From: Candidatus Tremblayella phenacoccinincola
GTDB lineage: Bacteria; Pseudomonadota; Gammaproteobacteria; Burkholderiales; Burkholderiaceae
Assembly (NCBI RefSeq): GCF_002682985.1
Contig: NZ_MKGN01000014.1
Coordinates: 1 to 17,527 of the forward strand
DNA length: 17,527 nucleotides
Direction: 5' to 3'
A program made the translations under genes and the position numbers. Under the pieces are notes generated by a model. The model searched no databases, was not told where the DNA came from, and worked only from the letters and a program-made list of their open reading frames with translations. Below are positions 16,049 to 17,527 of the stretch, in pieces. The first letter of the stretch is position 1, and each line of letters begins with the position of its first letter.

Positions 16049-16591
16049 ATGAAGTATTTACCTATATTTCTAAGAACCGTAAGCCTCAATATATATGTAA
16101 TAGGAGGAGGCCTGATAGCAGCTTCTAAACTAAAAGCAATAAAAGCTATATGTTTTTCTATAACCCTAATAACAAACCCTATATGCAGCAATCCTAAAGT
16201 AAGAGTAAGCTGCTCTAATATATGTTGGCTAATAAAAAGACCTGAAGATATTAGTTTAAACAATAGTTGTTTAGTTGTCTTAGCCAAAAATGATATTATA
16301 CTATATAAGCTAGCTAATAAACCTATATTAAATAACCCTAGGCTATTAAACATAGTTGATAGTATAAAAAGCTGTTCCTTTATATATCCGTCAATAATAA
16401 ACAGGTGTCCAATAATAATAAGTATATGTTCATTCAATAGGTCTCCAACAATAACAAAGCATATACGCAATAAGTTAAAAAGCACAATACCATTAGTTAC
16501 TAACCTAATAATAGATAAGCTATCAAGCTGGAGAACTAAGTTAACTATAAAGAAGGACAATAACAAAAAAGCCTTTTGGGTTTTTATTTAG
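16049..16591 (+). CDS. cysG: Siroheme synthase N-terminal module (CysG-B-like precorrin-2 dehydrogenase / sirohydrochlorin ferrochelatase), stand-alone ORF
   Basis: 180-aa ORF aligning with E. coli CysG residues 1 to about 180. Shared blocks are LPIF, VIGGGLIA (NAD fold, cf. VGGGDVA), IVDSIK (cf. VVDAPK), FIYPSIINRCP (cf. FIMPSIIDRSP), RSP and FW near the end. It stops at TAG 16589-16591, in a different frame from the downstream methyltransferase module. Confidence 0.8.
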   Translation: MKYLPIFLRTVSLNIYVIGGGLIAASKLKAIKAICFSITLITNPICSNPKVRVSCSNICWLIKRPEDISLNNSCLVVLAKNDIILYKLANKPILNNPRLLNIVDSIKSCSFIYPSIINRCPIIISICSFNRSPTITKHIRNKLKSTIPLVTNLIIDKLSSWRTKLTIKKDNNKKAFWVFI

Positions 16592-16595
16592 GAAG
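16590..16595 (+). promoter_or_regulatory. Possible Shine-Dalgarno (AGGAAG) for the methyltransferase ORF, overlapping the upstream stop codon
   Basis: tAGGAAGcttctaaatATG: the purine block ends 9 nt before ATG 16605, and its first two bases belong to the TAG stop of the upstream ORF. Most other genes in the window lack any SD-like block, so this one stands out. Confidence 0.35.
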
Positions 16596-16604
16596 CTTCT
16601 AAAT

Positions 16605-17399
16605 ATGATTAAGCTAAAACATAAGCCATACCTATATAGATCTATAAACCCAACTAGTAAACACTTAAACCCCTTAAAGACTATAAAGATAACAATAATA
16701 GGAGCTGGTCCAGGAAATAAAGACTTAATAACAATAAAGGGCTTTAAGTTAATAAAAGAAGCTAATATAATCTTATACGATAACTTAGTAAGTAAAGAAG
16801 TAATAAGTCTAGTTAGTAGGTCTACAAGAAAGATATACATAGGAAAGAAAGCAGGGAAAAAGCATATCAATCAAAAAGCTATAAATAAGTTAATAATAAG
16901 GTTAGCTAAAAAAGGATCCAATATAGTACGTTTAAAAGGGGGAGACCCATTCATATTTGGGAGAGGTGGTGAAGAGATGAAAGAGATATTCAATAGTAGC
17001 CTGCCATCACATATAGTACCTGGGATAACAACAGCAATAGGAACTACAGTAGGAATACCATTAACACATAGAAACTACTCTAATAGTGTTTCTTTTACAA
17101 CAGGGTCTATATCCTATAAAAGCAAACCTAACTGGAGTCTAGACCTAAATAAGAAGCAAACAATAATAATGTATATGTATGCAAGTAATATAACTAAGCT
17201 AAAAGAAAAGCTATTAAAAAGTAGGTTCTCAAATAAGATCCCAATTGCAATAGTGTCTTCAAGTTCTAATAAAGACCAAAAGCTAATAATAAGTAATATA
17301 AAAAGCATAGAAAGCTTAACATATAATAATACAACACCATCTATACTTATAATAGGATATATAATAAACCTATATAGAGGCCTAACTACATTCAATTAA
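16605..17399 (+). CDS. cobA: Uroporphyrinogen-III C-methyltransferase (SUMT; CysG-A / CobA-like module), stand-alone ORF
   Basis: 264-aa ORF aligning with E. coli CysG from about residue 200 to the end. Shared blocks are IIGAGPGNKDLITIKG, ANIILYDNLVS, VRLKGGDPFIFGRGGEE, VPGITTAIG, GIPLTHRNYSNSV, and ILIIG. Confidence 0.88.
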   Translation: MIKLKHKPYLYRSINPTSKHLNPLKTIKITIIGAGPGNKDLITIKGFKLIKEANIILYDNLVSKEVISLVSRSTRKIYIGKKAGKKHINQKAINKLIIRLAKKGSNIVRLKGGDPFIFGRGGEEMKEIFNSSLPSHIVPGITTAIGTTVGIPLTHRNYSNSVSFTTGSISYKSKPNWSLDLNKKQTIIMYMYASNITKLKEKLLKSRFSNKIPIAIVSSSSNKDQKLIISNIKSIESLTYNNTTPSILIIGYIINLYRGLTTFN

Positions 17400-17471
17400 T
17401 AAGAACATACCCTTCTAAACCTATTCTACCCCCCTTCTCTAACAACTAACCCTAAAAAGGAAAAGGACTAG

Positions 17472-17527
17472 ATGTCTTTATGGGACGGCAGGTTTAAAGA
17501 AAAGCTAAACATAATGTTTGAACACTT
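17472..17527 (+). CDS. argH: Argininosuccinate lyase, 5' end only (runs off the window)
   Basis: MSLWDGRFKEKLNIMFEH matches the ArgH N-terminus (E. coli MALWGGRFTQAADQRFKQF). AGGA lies at 17464-17467 and 17458-17461 upstream. Only 18 codons are visible. Confidence 0.6.
   Translation, partial: MSLWDGRFKEKLNIMFEH

Noticed and set aside
16551-16591. Transcriptional or translational slippage on the A6 (16565-16570) or T5 (16581-16585) run fusing the two cysG ORFs.
   Set aside because: The runs are much shorter than the roughly 9 or more A/T tracts known to give efficient slippage in endosymbionts. Shifting at the A6 run would also destroy the conserved FW that is read in the upstream frame. This remains a minor alternative inside the cysG finding rather than a separate claim.
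1-17527. An alternative genetic code (UGA as Trp, ATA as Met), CRISPR arrays, IS elements, prophage, or defence or toxin-antitoxin loci.
   Set aside because: All genes read through at full homolog length with the standard code, and ATA aligns with Ile, Val or Leu positions. No repeat-spacer arrays or inverted terminal repeats are present. No ORF is left unassigned to housekeeping functions.

Overview
This is an AT-rich window (about 30-33% GC by eye), gene-dense and read with the standard genetic code. It looks like part of a strongly reduced gammaproteobacterial chromosome of the obligate-endosymbiont type; I cannot name the organism from sequence alone. Clues to ancestry: lysC is the ~406-aa Pseudomonas/beta-proteobacterial type, pyk is PykF-like, and glnS is present. 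The content is almost entirely translation housekeeping. There are five aminoacyl-tRNA synthetases (hisS, proS, glnS, valS, tyrS), three RNA-modification enzymes (rluD, tsaD, tadA), ribosomal proteins L13 and L31, and eight tRNA genes, none of which encodes CCA. The rest is a little metabolism: lysC, a truncated pyk, a split cysG and the 5' end of argH. I see no mobile elements, CRISPR arrays, defence or toxin genes, or foreign islands, so I do not claim a new multi-gene system. The points worth a second look are compositional and architectural. (1) The tetranucleotide AATT is strongly avoided and AGCT is in excess, with codon-pair coupling, and the pattern also holds in spacers. (2) Oriented C5-C7 runs and G-depleted, GC-elevated leaders sit upstream of genes. 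(3) cysG is split into two frames, both apparently intact. (4) The pyruvate kinase lacks its entire C-terminal domain. (5) A tRNA-Ile(GAU)-tRNA-Ala(UGC) pair, normally found in the rRNA spacer, has no rRNA on either side. (6) Isoleucine is encoded mainly by ATA, and a TilS-type tRNA-Ile2(CAU) is present. All counts are hand counts and should be recomputed.
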